IMG/VR virus record: IMGVR_UViG_3300030095_003260
Span: 1 to 33,256 of that record
Source of the DNA: a virus
Lineage: Duplodnaviria; Caudoviricetes
DNA length: 33,256 bases
Direction: 5' to 3' (one strand)
Positions 23,632-33,256 of this stretch are shown piece by piece (the stretch's first letter is position 1; every line of letters begins with the position of its first letter). The position numbers were made by a program, and so were the translations under genes. The notes under the pieces were generated by a model. The model had not been told where the DNA came from. It was given only the letters and a program-made list of their open reading frames with translations, and searched no databases.

Positions 23632-25490
23632 TTAGCGTCACCCCAGTTGTCAGCTAGGGCGTAATCAACCTTACTCGGTATATGTAGTTTAACACAGGTT
23701 TCCATTTTAGTCGCAATGTCCTTAGCTTGAGTTTCGTTTTCTACAGATATATTGAGTTCATCATGTACCTGTATATGTGGTATAATACCATCCTCTTCAT
23801 ATAAGTCTACCATTGCTTGTTTAGTTTGATCTGCCGCAGAACCTTGTATTAACTTGTTTAAGGCTTTGTAAGTTCCGGCTCTTTTATATTGACCGTGACC
23901 TTCAGCATCAATTGCTTCTTCTTTAGTTTTATAAAAACCTTTCTTACCAAACTCTCTTGGTTCGTAAAAAGGAAAGCGACACAACCGACCCTGCAAGGTT
24001 TTAATTTTGCCGCGTGCCTCTGCTTCGATCATTAAGTTCTTGGTTAGTTGTTTTACAAACGGCACTCGGCTTTGATAGGTGTTAATAATTTCTTCTGCTT
24101 CTTTACTATCAATACCTAACTCAGTCATAAGTTTGTGTTTACCCATACCATAAAACAAACCAAGATTAATTGTCTTTGCTTGTCCACGTGGTATCTGTGC
24201 AATGTCTGCCACCATCTGATGAAAGTCAGCCTCACCTTGGCGATAGCCTTCTACTATCTTACCAACCTCTAAATTATCCATGTACGCGTAGTGCACCACT
24301 AGTCTTGGTTCTTGTTGTGAGTAATCAAACGTGCCCCAACGTAAACCACGTTCAGGAACAAACAAACTACGGATTAGTTTTTTAATCTTAGGATTACGTG
24401 CAGGTATCTGTTGCAGGTTTGGATTGGAATAACTGAAACGACCAGTGACCGTCCCCCCATCATCACTGCGCATCTGATGTATTTCAGAGTGAATACGGCC
24501 TTTGTGTTGGTGTCGCATGATAGTTTCAATAAATGTACTATTGGCTTTGTTTAGTTCTCTTGCTTCGACAATCTTTTGTGCCAGTGGGTGTTCGTTGTTA
24601 GATAAAAAGTTTTTAGTAAAACTAGGTGCGCCAGTTTTAGGTGTGCGTGGATACTCTATCTTTAAATGATCAAAGGCTTTAGCAATAGAAGCTGCCGCCC
24701 ATACCTCGACGTCGTGACTAGATATTTTCTTTATCTCTCGCATAATAGTTTTCTCTTGTGCGCTCAAAGTTTTACGTGCTTGTTCTGCGGCGTCAAGATC
24801 AACTCGAACACCATGAGCACGCATATCAATTAAACAAGGTTGTAGTCGACGTTCAAGATCATATATGCCTTCTAAGTTTTGTGCCGCAATCTCAGTTTGA
24901 TTGTACAAAAACAAATCATAAGTCAAACGTGCGTCTGCTTCAGCGTACTCACCAACGTGCATAGCGGGTAGTTTGTACATTTCTTTTTTAGGATCAACGC
25001 CATGGTTCTTTGCTGCTTCGATCAATCTGTTTTCGTTCTTGGTTCGTCCTAGTTTATCTTTAGCTAAACTGTTCAAAGTAAACGAATATCTGTTTTCATC
25101 AATTAGTGCACTTGAAATCATAGTGTCGTGTATGATACCATTTACGGTTATGCCCATGTGTCTAAGCCAACCTAAATCATACGACGCATTGTGAAATATT
25201 TTTTCTGCTTTACTGCCAGCAACTTTCTTAAACCACTCCACCACAGTTTTTTTATTAAGATTACCGCCGCCGTGTGCAATTGGGTAATAGCCTTCCCAAT
25301 CTGCCGTAGCGACAGCAATCCCTGTTACATAACCGTCGTTCCGCGCCCAACCTGAACCGTGCGTAATCAAGTTAACGTCGCATGTCTCTAAGTCAATCGC
25401 AATATATTTTTCTTTGCTAAGGTCAGGAAAATATTCTTTCGCTGTCCATTCTATAGGTTCGTTATACGTAAATAAATTAGTCTGATTCAT
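23628..25490 (-). CDS. polA: Family A DNA polymerase with 3'-5' exonuclease
   Basis: Exo DLET, HNASYD, YAEAD; polymerase TGRFS, DYSQQEPR (A), RGQAKTINLGLFYG (B), VHDEL (C). Confidence 0.95.
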   Translation of the reverse strand: MNQTNLFTYNEPIEWTAKEYFPDLSKEKYIAIDLETCDVNLITHGSGWARNDGYVTGIAVATADWEGYYPIAHGGGNLNKKTVVEWFKKVAGSKAEKIFHNASYDLGWLRHMGITVNGIIHDTMISSALIDENRYSFTLNSLAKDKLGRTKNENRLIEAAKNHGVDPKKEMYKLPAMHVGEYAEADARLTYDLFLYNQTEIAAQNLEGIYDLERRLQPCLIDMRAHGVRVDLDAAEQARKTLSAQEKTIMREIKKISSHDVEVWAAASIAKAFDHLKIEYPRTPKTGAPSFTKNFLSNNEHPLAQKIVEARELNKANSTFIETIMRHQHKGRIHSEIHQMRSDDGGTVTGRFSYSNPNLQQIPARNPKIKKLIRSLFVPERGLRWGTFDYSQQEPRLVVHYAYMDNLEVGKIVEGYRQGEADFHQMVADIAQIPRGQAKTINLGLFYGMGKHKLMTELGIDSKEAEEIINTYQSRVPFVKQLTKNLMIEAEARGKIKTLQGRLCRFPFYEPREFGKKGFYKTKEEAIDAEGHGQYKRAGTYKALNKLIQGSAADQTKQAMVDLYEEDGIIPHIQVHDELNISVENETQAKDIATKMETCVKLHIPSKVDYALADNWGDAK

Positions 25491-25695
25491 GTAGCTCTAT
25501 TAATTTCTGTATAAACCAAGTAGATTTTTTTAAGTCTTCTACTTGCTTGCCTTTATGTTCGTAACGCCATAAATATTTCATAGCACTACCTTGTAAATAA
25601 TACTTAAATCCATCACCTAAGCAAGACTTAATAGCGTCAATGCATTCAATATCGCCGCGCTTGTAGTGTTCTGGATGGTTTACTGGATCTTTCAT
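25477..25695 (-). CDS. DUF3310-like protein (T7 gp1.7-related)
   Basis: DPVNHPEHY, IECIDAI, KYLWR, EDLKK motifs. Confidence 0.85.
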   Translation of the reverse strand: MKDPVNHPEHYKRGDIECIDAIKSCLGDGFKYYLQGSAMKYLWRYEHKGKQVEDLKKSTWFIQKLIELHESD

Positions 25696-27188
25696 ATAGA
25701 TAACATAAAGTGCATATTGGTTTGTGGTAGTAATACATGCAACTCTTCCTTGGCTCTAGTGGCACCGACATAAAACACCCGTTGTTCGTCGTCCGCATTC
25801 TTACGATATTCGCTATAAGTCTTTATATTCATATCTGTTGCAAGCAATACTTTATCACATTCGCCGCCTTTTGCACCATGTATTGTGGATATTCTTATTC
25901 TTGGTGTCGCAAATATATCTTCTGAACCGTCATTCAATCTAATTAGATACGCTCTGTCTTGAATATTAATTTTATCTAAAGCCTGTAGCCAAGTACCTAC
26001 ACTGAACGGACCTAGTACTACTTTTAAAGTATCTAGATCGTATAGATGGTTGTCGTTAAGTTTATCAAACTCATCTTGAAAATAATCTTTAGTTTGTTTG
26101 TAAAAAAATATTTTCTTTAAAGTTTTTTTATCAACAGCACGTCCTTCACTTAGTTCTTTCCAACCAATGATAGCATCAAAGACACGCTTAGCGATTGGTT
26201 TGGTAAATTTTTTACGTTCAAGTTTTTCGTACCAAAGACCTTGCTCACGACAAGCGTCCTCTAGTTTTTTTAAAATAAAACGATCACGACCTAGTATCAA
26301 CCAGTTGCCTTGTGAAAAATCTACACCTTCAATAACTTGATGATAGTGCACTTCGCCATCTTCTTTCCGGGCTTCCCATTCTTTCTCTATTCTGTTCTTA
26401 GTTAACTTAATTATGCTTTGCGCAAAATCTTGCACTGATTTTTTTAAACGATATGACTTAGGTAAAATTATTTCTTTGCCATTGTACTCTATAAAACGTT
26501 CAACATCAGCACCTAGCCAACGATATATGGCTTGATCATCATCACCTGCTAAATACAATTTGTTTGCTGTGGTTGCAAAATGCTCTACCATTGCCCACTG
26601 CAATGGTGTTAAGTCTTGTGCTTCATCAATAAAGACCACATCTAAATGTGGTAGTAAGTTTTCGTTGACTGCCTCATACAGCATATCGGTGTAATCAATA
26701 AAACCATTGGTTTCTTTATACGCATCATAGGCTTCAGCTACATAACTTAATTGTTTCCAATTTATATTAGTGGAGTCAGAGTATTTGTTGTAGTGCTCTT
26801 CTAACGAGATACCACGTGCCCGTGCTAAAGCATATTCGTTTAAATAAAAGTTCTCTGATATACCTGTCTCTGAGTCAACACTAGACATATTAAAACCAAT
26901 CTTGTCACCAAACGCTTTAAACTGTTCTTTCTGCATTACCGCACGACCCTCAAGGTCGATGCAATGATAACCGCAAGAGTGCAGTGTCGAGAACCAACGA
27001 AAGTCTTTTTTCTCTAGATTAAATTTTTTAACCGCACGATCCCGTGCTTCCTCTGCGGCTTTTCTAGTAAAAGAAAAATAACCAATCTTCTTTATATCTG
27101 TGGTCAACATAGCTTCTTCTACATAGTTAAGCAAAGTGGTAGTTTTACCGGTGCCCGGCGGCCCAAGAACTTTGATTATCTCTGTCAT
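25692..27188 (-). CDS. Superfamily 1 (UvrD/Rep-like) helicase
   Basis: GPPGTGKT, IDEAQD, GDDDQAIY, STIHGAKGGE, YVGATRA. Confidence 0.93.
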   Translation of the reverse strand: MTEIIKVLGPPGTGKTTTLLNYVEEAMLTTDIKKIGYFSFTRKAAEEARDRAVKKFNLEKKDFRWFSTLHSCGYHCIDLEGRAVMQKEQFKAFGDKIGFNMSSVDSETGISENFYLNEYALARARGISLEEHYNKYSDSTNINWKQLSYVAEAYDAYKETNGFIDYTDMLYEAVNENLLPHLDVVFIDEAQDLTPLQWAMVEHFATTANKLYLAGDDDQAIYRWLGADVERFIEYNGKEIILPKSYRLKKSVQDFAQSIIKLTKNRIEKEWEARKEDGEVHYHQVIEGVDFSQGNWLILGRDRFILKKLEDACREQGLWYEKLERKKFTKPIAKRVFDAIIGWKELSEGRAVDKKTLKKIFFYKQTKDYFQDEFDKLNDNHLYDLDTLKVVLGPFSVGTWLQALDKINIQDRAYLIRLNDGSEDIFATPRIRISTIHGAKGGECDKVLLATDMNIKTYSEYRKNADDEQRVFYVGATRAKEELHVLLPQTNMHFMLSI

Positions 27189-28717
27189 TCGGCTTGATAC
27201 TCCTTCTTGTCTTTCATGTCGGGAGTATTAATTTCAATATCGTCAAACTCGTCAGTAAATTCAGGTATCGACCACACCTTAATTTTCTTTTCTTTATCGT
27301 CGGGTTTTGGCATACGTAAGGTAGTGAGATTACCTTTTAGTTCTTTCTCTAAAATATTAGACATCTTGTTACGATTGTAGACCGTAAACTTTTTCTTTTG
27401 TAGGTGGTCTTCTAACGACGCTAACAAGAAGTAGTGTTTACCGTTGTCACGATAAGGTTTGTTTAAAATAATTTCTTCTTTCACTTGCGCCGCACCTTTG
27501 TTAGTACACCAATCACGTAAGTGTTCTATAAAAATTTCTTTGTTGCTAACGCCCTGTACATCAGGTTCACTAACATTCTGTAGCAATGCTTGAATACGTT
27601 CGCGCCAACGTCCCGGCGGCATCTGTGCTGGCATAGTGTTTAGTTGTTCCATACATTTCTTTTGAAAGCGATTTTGATTTTGCAAATCTTCTGTTTCTAA
27701 TTCTAAGGATTGCTCACCCTCAAGTGATAAGAACCACAATGGTGGTTCAGTGCCGTATTTTTCTAGACCAGTTGCCGCAATCTCCATCTCTATTTGACCC
27801 TTACCATACTTACGTCGCAAACATTCGCGACGATTACAGTTAGAAGCTAAAGGTTCTTTGTTGCAGGCATAGTCGTATTCTTTGCCCGATACAGAACGGT
27901 ATATTTTTTCTATGTCTTGTTGAGATAAGGCTGGATCACACATAGTTTGATTAACGTTCAACAGGTCTAATAAAAATTCTGAGTTCCCCGACTTTTTATA
28001 AAACACAGCTACATTGGTCATGGTTTCGTCACGGCCACCTTCGGGAACGCCGTTGTGGTGTAGTGTGTTTAAACACGGCGGACCGTCTTGAAAAAAATCT
28101 TCTAGCTTTATATAATCAACATCAGCGTTTTGCTGTGCGTACACATCATACAATGTATAAAACTGTTCTAGACTACACGGCTTGCCTTGATCATCAATAG
28201 CATAACGTTCGCCATCTTCAGCATTGAAATAAGGTAGGTTTAAATAGTTTCCTGTTTGGCCTTTGTCCAACAACAACTTTACTTGTTTTGGAAAAATTTC
28301 GCATCCTGCACAACCTAAAAAAGAAGCTAAATCTTTTAATCTAGATTGCACAAGACTTGCTTTCACAGGAACAGTGAAAAACATGAAGACATGAGCGCCA
28401 CCACTTTTAGATCTAAATACGATCAAAGGTAGTCCATGCTTCCGAATCTTTTGTATTAATTCAAGATGATCAAAACCGTTGTATTTATCTATATCAATAC
28501 AACCCCATCGACACTCGTTGTTCTCATCAATAGGTATGGCACCTAAACTTTCGGTGCCGTCTAAATGGTTTTCCCATAACTCATCAGGAAGTCCATCAGG
28601 ACATCTAACAATTTGATTTTTACCTTTGAGTTTACCGTTGTCATCTTTATCTTCGGGTACAAATTTACCGTAGGCACTATTTAACCCTTTAAATATATTT
28701 TTAAACTTCTCTGACAT
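27185..28717 (-). CDS. AEP-type primase with PriCT-like domain
   Basis: CIDID, SKSGGAH, NLPY, GPPCL, EGGRD and Cys cluster; replication module. Confidence 0.78.
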   Translation of the reverse strand: MSEKFKNIFKGLNSAYGKFVPEDKDDNGKLKGKNQIVRCPDGLPDELWENHLDGTESLGAIPIDENNECRWGCIDIDKYNGFDHLELIQKIRKHGLPLIVFRSKSGGAHVFMFFTVPVKASLVQSRLKDLASFLGCAGCEIFPKQVKLLLDKGQTGNYLNLPYFNAEDGERYAIDDQGKPCSLEQFYTLYDVYAQQNADVDYIKLEDFFQDGPPCLNTLHHNGVPEGGRDETMTNVAVFYKKSGNSEFLLDLLNVNQTMCDPALSQQDIEKIYRSVSGKEYDYACNKEPLASNCNRRECLRRKYGKGQIEMEIAATGLEKYGTEPPLWFLSLEGEQSLELETEDLQNQNRFQKKCMEQLNTMPAQMPPGRWRERIQALLQNVSEPDVQGVSNKEIFIEHLRDWCTNKGAAQVKEEIILNKPYRDNGKHYFLLASLEDHLQKKKFTVYNRNKMSNILEKELKGNLTTLRMPKPDDKEKKIKVWSIPEFTDEFDDIEINTPDMKDKKEYQAE

Positions 28718-28731
28718 TCTGTTCCTGTAGT

Positions 28732-28755
28732 AAAAAGGGCGGCTTGCGCCGCCCT
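28732..28755 (-). terminator. Rho-independent terminator after SSB-like gene
   Basis: Minus AGGGCGGC-GCAA-GCCGCCCT-TTTT. Confidence 0.85.
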
Positions 28756-28760
28756 AGTAT

Positions 28761-29555
28761 TTAAGCTGAGTAAGCTGAATTGGTAGGAGTCTGTGGCTCC
28801 TCCCCTTCGTGACTGACTTTAACGTCATTCGTGCCTACGGCTTGCGCGAATGCCTTCGCGTCCTCGTAATGGGCAACATTTTTCACAATGTCTTTTTTTG
28901 TGATGTCCCAACCAAACCAAGTGCCCTTGGAGTTAGATTGAGGCGCTGTTTTTAATGTGTAGATATGACTATACATAGGTGGTCGAAACGACGACCCGTC
29001 TTTTCCTTGTAGTTTTATACCTGCCATCATGGAGTTCCATGCTTTAGATTGTTTTATGGCGGTGCCAGTCATAGTAATTAATGCTTGACTAGAACCTTCA
29101 CTATCTAACAGAGTCACATAATGTTGTGCCGTCTCTTTAATAGTGTTACCGCTTGCCATTCTAAGAACATAGTTAGCGTCTCTAGATGTTTGTCCCAAAT
29201 CAAAATCAGAGCCATGTACTGCAATCAACTTACCTTGTTGATTAGCATCCCACTCAACAAACTCTCGTTTGTATCCGCAAGGAATTACATCTACTCCTTC
29301 TTCGCCATCATATAGTTTCTTTGTAATAGTGTTATAGATCATGCCCGGCTCTGCGCCTTCGACGTATCCATTACTCGTCTTATTACATTGAGCAGACAGT
29401 TGACTTAACACCCTTAAAAAAGGTATGGCCAAGTCGTCAGAAGATTTAAAATTCTCAAATCCACTAACTTTGTCTGCATCAGCAGAAAACATATTGACAT
29501 CTAAAGTTGCTACTGCATTACTTTTTTTGTTCGTTGTTTTTGTTACATTGTTCAT
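28761..29555 (-). CDS. Putative single-stranded DNA-binding protein
   Basis: 264 aa; DLAIPFL, SKAWNS, NSKGTWFGW motifs; position before primase; own terminator. Confidence 0.6.
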   Translation of the reverse strand: MNNVTKTTNKKSNAVATLDVNMFSADADKVSGFENFKSSDDLAIPFLRVLSQLSAQCNKTSNGYVEGAEPGMIYNTITKKLYDGEEGVDVIPCGYKREFVEWDANQQGKLIAVHGSDFDLGQTSRDANYVLRMASGNTIKETAQHYVTLLDSEGSSQALITMTGTAIKQSKAWNSMMAGIKLQGKDGSSFRPPMYSHIYTLKTAPQSNSKGTWFGWDITKKDIVKNVAHYEDAKAFAQAVGTNDVKVSHEGEEPQTPTNSAYSA

Positions 29556-29557
29556 TG

Positions 29558-30139
29558 TTATTTTTTCCTTTGTACTTTTGCTTGCCTACCAACAAACGTT
29601 TTAAAAATCTCTTCGGGTGGTAGTTCCGCACCTTTTTCGTGCAGTTCCCGTAGAGTTGCTTTTAGAGTCATGGGTTCAACTTTTAAATCTTGTTGAACTT
29701 CATACCCATTGGCGGTGGCTAACTTGGAAAACTCCAATGCCTTCCCGTCTTCGTTACGACCGAACCTAGCTGATATTTCATTCTTAATAATATCACCTAA
29801 ATCATGATCACGAAGCCATTGATATGCCTCAGCCCTTTGATCGGGGTCTTTTGGCACACTTATTCCGTAAAAATTTTTAATTTCTATAGAACTTCCATCA
29901 TTCAATTTTAATTGTGTCAAGTTTTTTTCTTGCATAAGAGCAGGTATTTTTTCGTTCCGAACACTTAACATTTGTTCTTTTACATGCTTTAATTGTTCTT
30001 CGAGGGTAGTTGCCTCGTTTTCAAGATCGACCAACTTTTGACAGCAGCTAGCGATACTAAGGATCTCTGAGTCATCTACCTTCCCTAATTGATCTCTTTG
30101 AAAATCAATTGTTCCATAATCGTGATCAAGTTCATTCAT
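29558..30139 (-). CDS. Conserved replication-module protein of unknown function
   Basis: 193 aa; coiled-coil, IPALM, WLR...GDIIKN, VEPMTLKA. Confidence 0.7.
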   Translation of the reverse strand: MNELDHDYGTIDFQRDQLGKVDDSEILSIASCCQKLVDLENEATTLEEQLKHVKEQMLSVRNEKIPALMQEKNLTQLKLNDGSSIEIKNFYGISVPKDPDQRAEAYQWLRDHDLGDIIKNEISARFGRNEDGKALEFSKLATANGYEVQQDLKVEPMTLKATLRELHEKGAELPPEEIFKTFVGRQAKVQRKK

Positions 30140-30482
30140 AATCTTTATCCTCTTTCTGATATAAGTTAATGCTTAACGGATAATACTTTCCAGCTATACG
30201 ATCCCATTTCAATACTTTAAACTTCCCGTGGTTTATATCTGCAACTAATGCCGAAGTCGCGGCAATGATTGCGGGGTCACCAACTAGAAGTAAAAAATCT
30301 TCGTCGTTGAAATCTTTTAATAACTTTCTTAGCTTATTTATTAAGCTACCAGCACTATATACTAGTTGTGCTCGTTCTGTCAAGAGAAACTTTACTTCAC
30401 CAAAAGATAATGCTTTCATCACATTATACTTAGGGTTGCCGTCTGCTGTGCCCGGAGGTTCTTGGATACAATATACAGTCAT
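30132..30482 (-). CDS. Conserved hypothetical protein (start reassigned to MTVYC)
   Basis: VYCIQE, DFLLLVGDP, LKWDR...YYP; AGAAAG before ATG at 30482. Confidence 0.7.
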   Translation of the reverse strand: MTVYCIQEPPGTADGNPKYNVMKALSFGEVKFLLTERAQLVYSAGSLINKLRKLLKDFNDEDFLLLVGDPAIIAATSALVADINHGKFKVLKWDRIAGKYYPLSINLYQKEDKDYE

Positions 30483-30568
30483 ACTTTCTTGACAATACCT
30501 TTTATATAGATTATTTCTGTACATAGAAAGTAATACATTTATGCATTTTATGCAACAACAGAAAGGAT

Positions 30569-32032
30569 TTGAGTCTTATGGACTACAAATTTAAAACTAA
30601 ACCGTATCAACATCAACTTGATGCGTTAAAAAAATGTCATAAAAAACGTAATTATGCGTTGTTTTGTGAAATGGGTACTGGCAAGTCTAAAATATTATTA
30701 GATAATATTGGCATGCTGTACGACGAAGGTAGAATAAATGGTGCCATTATTGTAGCACCAAAAGGTGTATACAAAAACTGGATTGCACAAGAAATACCAA
30801 CTCACTTACCCGATCATATTTTATGTCGAACCTTTCAATGGGTAGCACCTAGTTCGCGAACTAAACAAAATCAAGAACTATTAGATCAGTTGTATACCGA
30901 TACGCGTGATCCAACACTAACTTTGTTTGTAATGAACGTTGAGGCGTTTTCTTCAGCACCCGGACTAGAAGAAGCAAAAAAATTTTTAAGTGCCTACAAT
31001 GCAATGTTTGCAATTGATGAAAGTACGACGATTAAATCGCCCAGCGCCCAACGAACGCAGAACATTATTGCCGTAAGTCGTATGGCAAAATACAAACGTA
31101 TTATGACAGGTAGTCCCGTCACCAAAAGTCCGTTAGATTTATACTCACAGTGTGAGTTCCTCGATCCTGATTTATTGGGCCACAGTTCTTTTTATACATT
31201 TCGTGCACGTTATGCCAACATGCAGACTATTAACGTCGGTGGGCGTTCGGTAAACATTGTTCGACCAAACAATAGCTATCGTAATTTAGGTGAGCTATCG
31301 GACATTGTCAGTGAGTTTTCTTATCGTATTTTAAAAGAAGATTGTTTAGATCTACCAGATAAGGTTTATGAAAAAAGATTGGTAGAACTTAGTCCCGAAC
31401 AACAACGTGCGTATACTACTATGCGACGTATGGCGTTAGCTGAACTAGATGGTGAAGTGTGTTCTACGGTTAGTGTGTTGACGCAACTATTACGGCTACA
31501 TCAAATTACTTGCGGTCATTTAAAAACTGACGAAGGTAATGTTAAAGTATTAAAAAATAATAGACTAAAAGAACTTATGTCAGTCTTAGAAGAGTGCGAA
31601 GGTAAAGTTATTATTTGGGCAAACTATGTACAAGACTTAGAAACAATCTCTAAAGAAATAGAAAAAACGTTTGGACCAAACAGCTATTGCACTTATTACG
31701 GTAAGACAAAACAAGAACAAAGACAGCGAAATATTACACGTTTTCAAGATAAAGACTCAGAAACTAGGTTTTTTATAGGTAACACACAAACTGGTGGTTA
31801 TGGTATTACTTTAACTGCGGCTAGTACTGTGGTATATTATTCAAATAATTATGATCTTGAGAAACGACTACAGTCAGAAGATAGAGCACATAGGATTGGG
31901 CAGGTAAATAAAGTAACATACATTGACCTAATCTGCGAAGACACTGTTGACGAAAAGATTGTAAAGGCATTAAAGAGTAAAATAAATATCGCAAATGAAA
32001 TACTGGGCGAAGAGTTAAGGGAGTGGTTGTAG
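30569..32032 (+). CDS. SNF2-family helicase
   Basis: EMGTGKS, IDEST, MTGSP, GYGITLT, QSEDRAHRIGQ; start may be ATG at 30578. Confidence 0.93.
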   Translation: MSLMDYKFKTKPYQHQLDALKKCHKKRNYALFCEMGTGKSKILLDNIGMLYDEGRINGAIIVAPKGVYKNWIAQEIPTHLPDHILCRTFQWVAPSSRTKQNQELLDQLYTDTRDPTLTLFVMNVEAFSSAPGLEEAKKFLSAYNAMFAIDESTTIKSPSAQRTQNIIAVSRMAKYKRIMTGSPVTKSPLDLYSQCEFLDPDLLGHSSFYTFRARYANMQTINVGGRSVNIVRPNNSYRNLGELSDIVSEFSYRILKEDCLDLPDKVYEKRLVELSPEQQRAYTTMRRMALAELDGEVCSTVSVLTQLLRLHQITCGHLKTDEGNVKVLKNNRLKELMSVLEECEGKVIIWANYVQDLETISKEIEKTFGPNSYCTYYGKTKQEQRQRNITRFQDKDSETRFFIGNTQTGGYGITLTAASTVVYYSNNYDLEKRLQSEDRAHRIGQVNKVTYIDLICEDTVDEKIVKALKSKINIANEILGEELREWL

Positions 32033-32328
32033 GTAAGCAACAGAAGGGTATTCGTAGCGAATTGCTTGCAGCCATAGATTTTTTAGACAAACCATTTAAT
32101 CATGTATATTACGACCTTGGTGGCAAAGGGCCTTGTGATCTAATAGTAGTTGACGCAAAGAAAGGCACCGTAGATTTATATGATGTTAAAACACACAGTG
32201 AACGTGTGTATAAGGGCAAGATGCGTAGAATTAATCGAACTAAAAATAAATCAGCTAAGAATTTAGATGTAAAAATATTGTATGTTAAACAAGTTTCTGA
32301 AATACCCATACAATGCTCAGTAGAATAG
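32023..32328 (+). CDS. Small PD-(D/E)xK nuclease (Hjc-like)
   Basis: KG..SE, PCDLIV, YDVKT. Confidence 0.7.
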   Translation: MVVGKQQKGIRSELLAAIDFLDKPFNHVYYDLGGKGPCDLIVVDAKKGTVDLYDVKTHSERVYKGKMRRINRTKNKSAKNLDVKILYVKQVSEIPIQCSVE

Positions 32329-32515
32329 AGATCGCCGCAAACGACGCTGACGCTCCCATAAACCATGTCATCATCTGACGTAATTCAAACGTGTGTTTGT
32401 TAATTTTTTCTTGTTGTCCTTGAAGTACATCTAGTTTTTCATCTAGCACTTCATGTCTAATTTGACATTCAGCTAAATGTCTCTCCAACGCTCTTCTAGT
32501 ATCCTCGTCGCTCAT
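32285..32515 (-). CDS. Small membrane protein (XhlA/holin-like)
   Basis: HLAECQIR, coiled-coil, one C-terminal TM helix. Confidence 0.55.
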   Translation of the reverse strand: MSDEDTRRALERHLAECQIRHEVLDEKLDVLQGQQEKINKHTFELRQMMTWFMGASASFAAISILLSIVWVFQKLV

Positions 32516-33256
32516 ACTACTGTCCTTGGTTTGCTTCTTAATCTTATAGCTTTTTCTGTTGGCGAAAGCAACGCTTCTTCTGCGGCCGTTAACCCTGTTG
32601 GATTAACTGCTGGATTAACTGGTGGCGGTGCTGCAGCTATTGTTTGTGGAGGTACCACAGGGAAACGTTGAGATATTTCATTAAATAAACTATCTAAATC
32701 ATTTACAGGGTTGTTTTCAATTGAGTTAGATGTGCCTTCTATTATCTCTATAAATTCTTGTTCCGTAGTGCCTTTAACTTTTATATCTCCTACTTGTTTT
32801 ATGCCGTCTATAACTTCTTTATCTTCTGCTGTGTAAAGAACATCATTTAAATTTATTCCATCAACTTTTTTTTGTAACTCATTAATTCTATTAAAATCAA
32901 TAAAGTCATCTACCCGTAGTTCAGGATTTGTTTTTTGTTTTCTTAATAATAATTTATAAAAATTTTCATCACTGTAATTTAATGTTCTTGAATAAAACAA
33001 GTTGTCTATCATGTCGGGTAAAATAGACATTTGACTTCTTTTTTGTTGGTCTAAAATTTCGTTTTCAGTTACTCCTAACAACATAAAATTTGATACATCT
33101 CTTTGTATTTTTTTCATTATTTTAAAACGACTTAAAAGTTCTTTTTTATAAGAATTATAGCTTTTTTGTTTAGTCATACTAATGTCGTTATAAACTTCGC
33201 TTTTAAAACCTGCAACAGAGTTACGTAAAGCACCACTAAAAGACCCTACCTTATAA
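32512..33256 (-). CDS. C-terminal part of a large putative internal virion protein (5' truncated)
   Basis: Frame stays open from 33177 to the window edge; ends in TGLTAAEEALLSPTEKAIRLR. Confidence 0.65.
   Translation of the reverse strand, partial: YKVGSFSGALRNSVAGFKSEVYNDISMTKQKSYNSYKKELLSRFKIMKKIQRDVSNFMLLGVTENEILDQQKRSQMSILPDMIDNLFYSRTLNYSDENFYKLLLRKQKTNPELRVDDFIDFNRINELQKKVDGINLNDVLYTAEDKEVIDGIKQVGDIKVKGTTEQEFIEIIEGTSNSIENNPVNDLDSLFNEISQRFPVVPPQTIAAAPPPVNPAVNPTGLTAAEEALLSPTEKAIRLRSKPRTVV

Noticed and set aside
1-33256. Alternative genetic code, integrase, tRNA, reverse transcriptase/DGR
   Set aside because: Core genes are full-length under the standard bacterial code using all three stop codons; none of these elements was recognisable by eye

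Overview
This is a fragment (roughly half a genome, by gene content) of an AT-rich tailed dsDNA phage. Gene content and order resemble marine podoviruses of the uvMED / HTVC023P-like type; this is inferred and the host is not determinable here. Left arm (1-12300, minus): major capsid, capsid-associated protein, scaffold, GroES, putative internal virion proteins, portal, four small basic proteins and large terminase. Middle (12300-19460): early/host-takeover island of small genes (DUF932-like, DUF3085-like, VRR-NUC-like nuclease), most with their own consensus sigma70 promoter carrying a TAGCA-N3-TGCTA operator; the small terminase follows. Right arm: exonuclease, family A DNA polymerase, SF1 helicase, primase, SSB-like protein, SNF2 helicase and the end of a large virion gene. 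The most unusual content is non-coding and lies between terL and terS: (i) four pairs of NrdR-box-like palindromes at the canonical 31-32 bp spacing with no RNR catalytic gene nearby; (ii) a near-perfect bacterial parS and two perfect DnaA boxes; (iii) six one-strand-only hairpins built from tandem G.A mismatches, five with cGAAg loops; (iv) a ~390-nt pseudoknotted ncRNA candidate with its own promoter directly upstream of a nuclease gene; (v) a 20-bp 5'-3' RNA clamp around the DUF932-like gene. All calls are by eye; no searches or folding programs were run.
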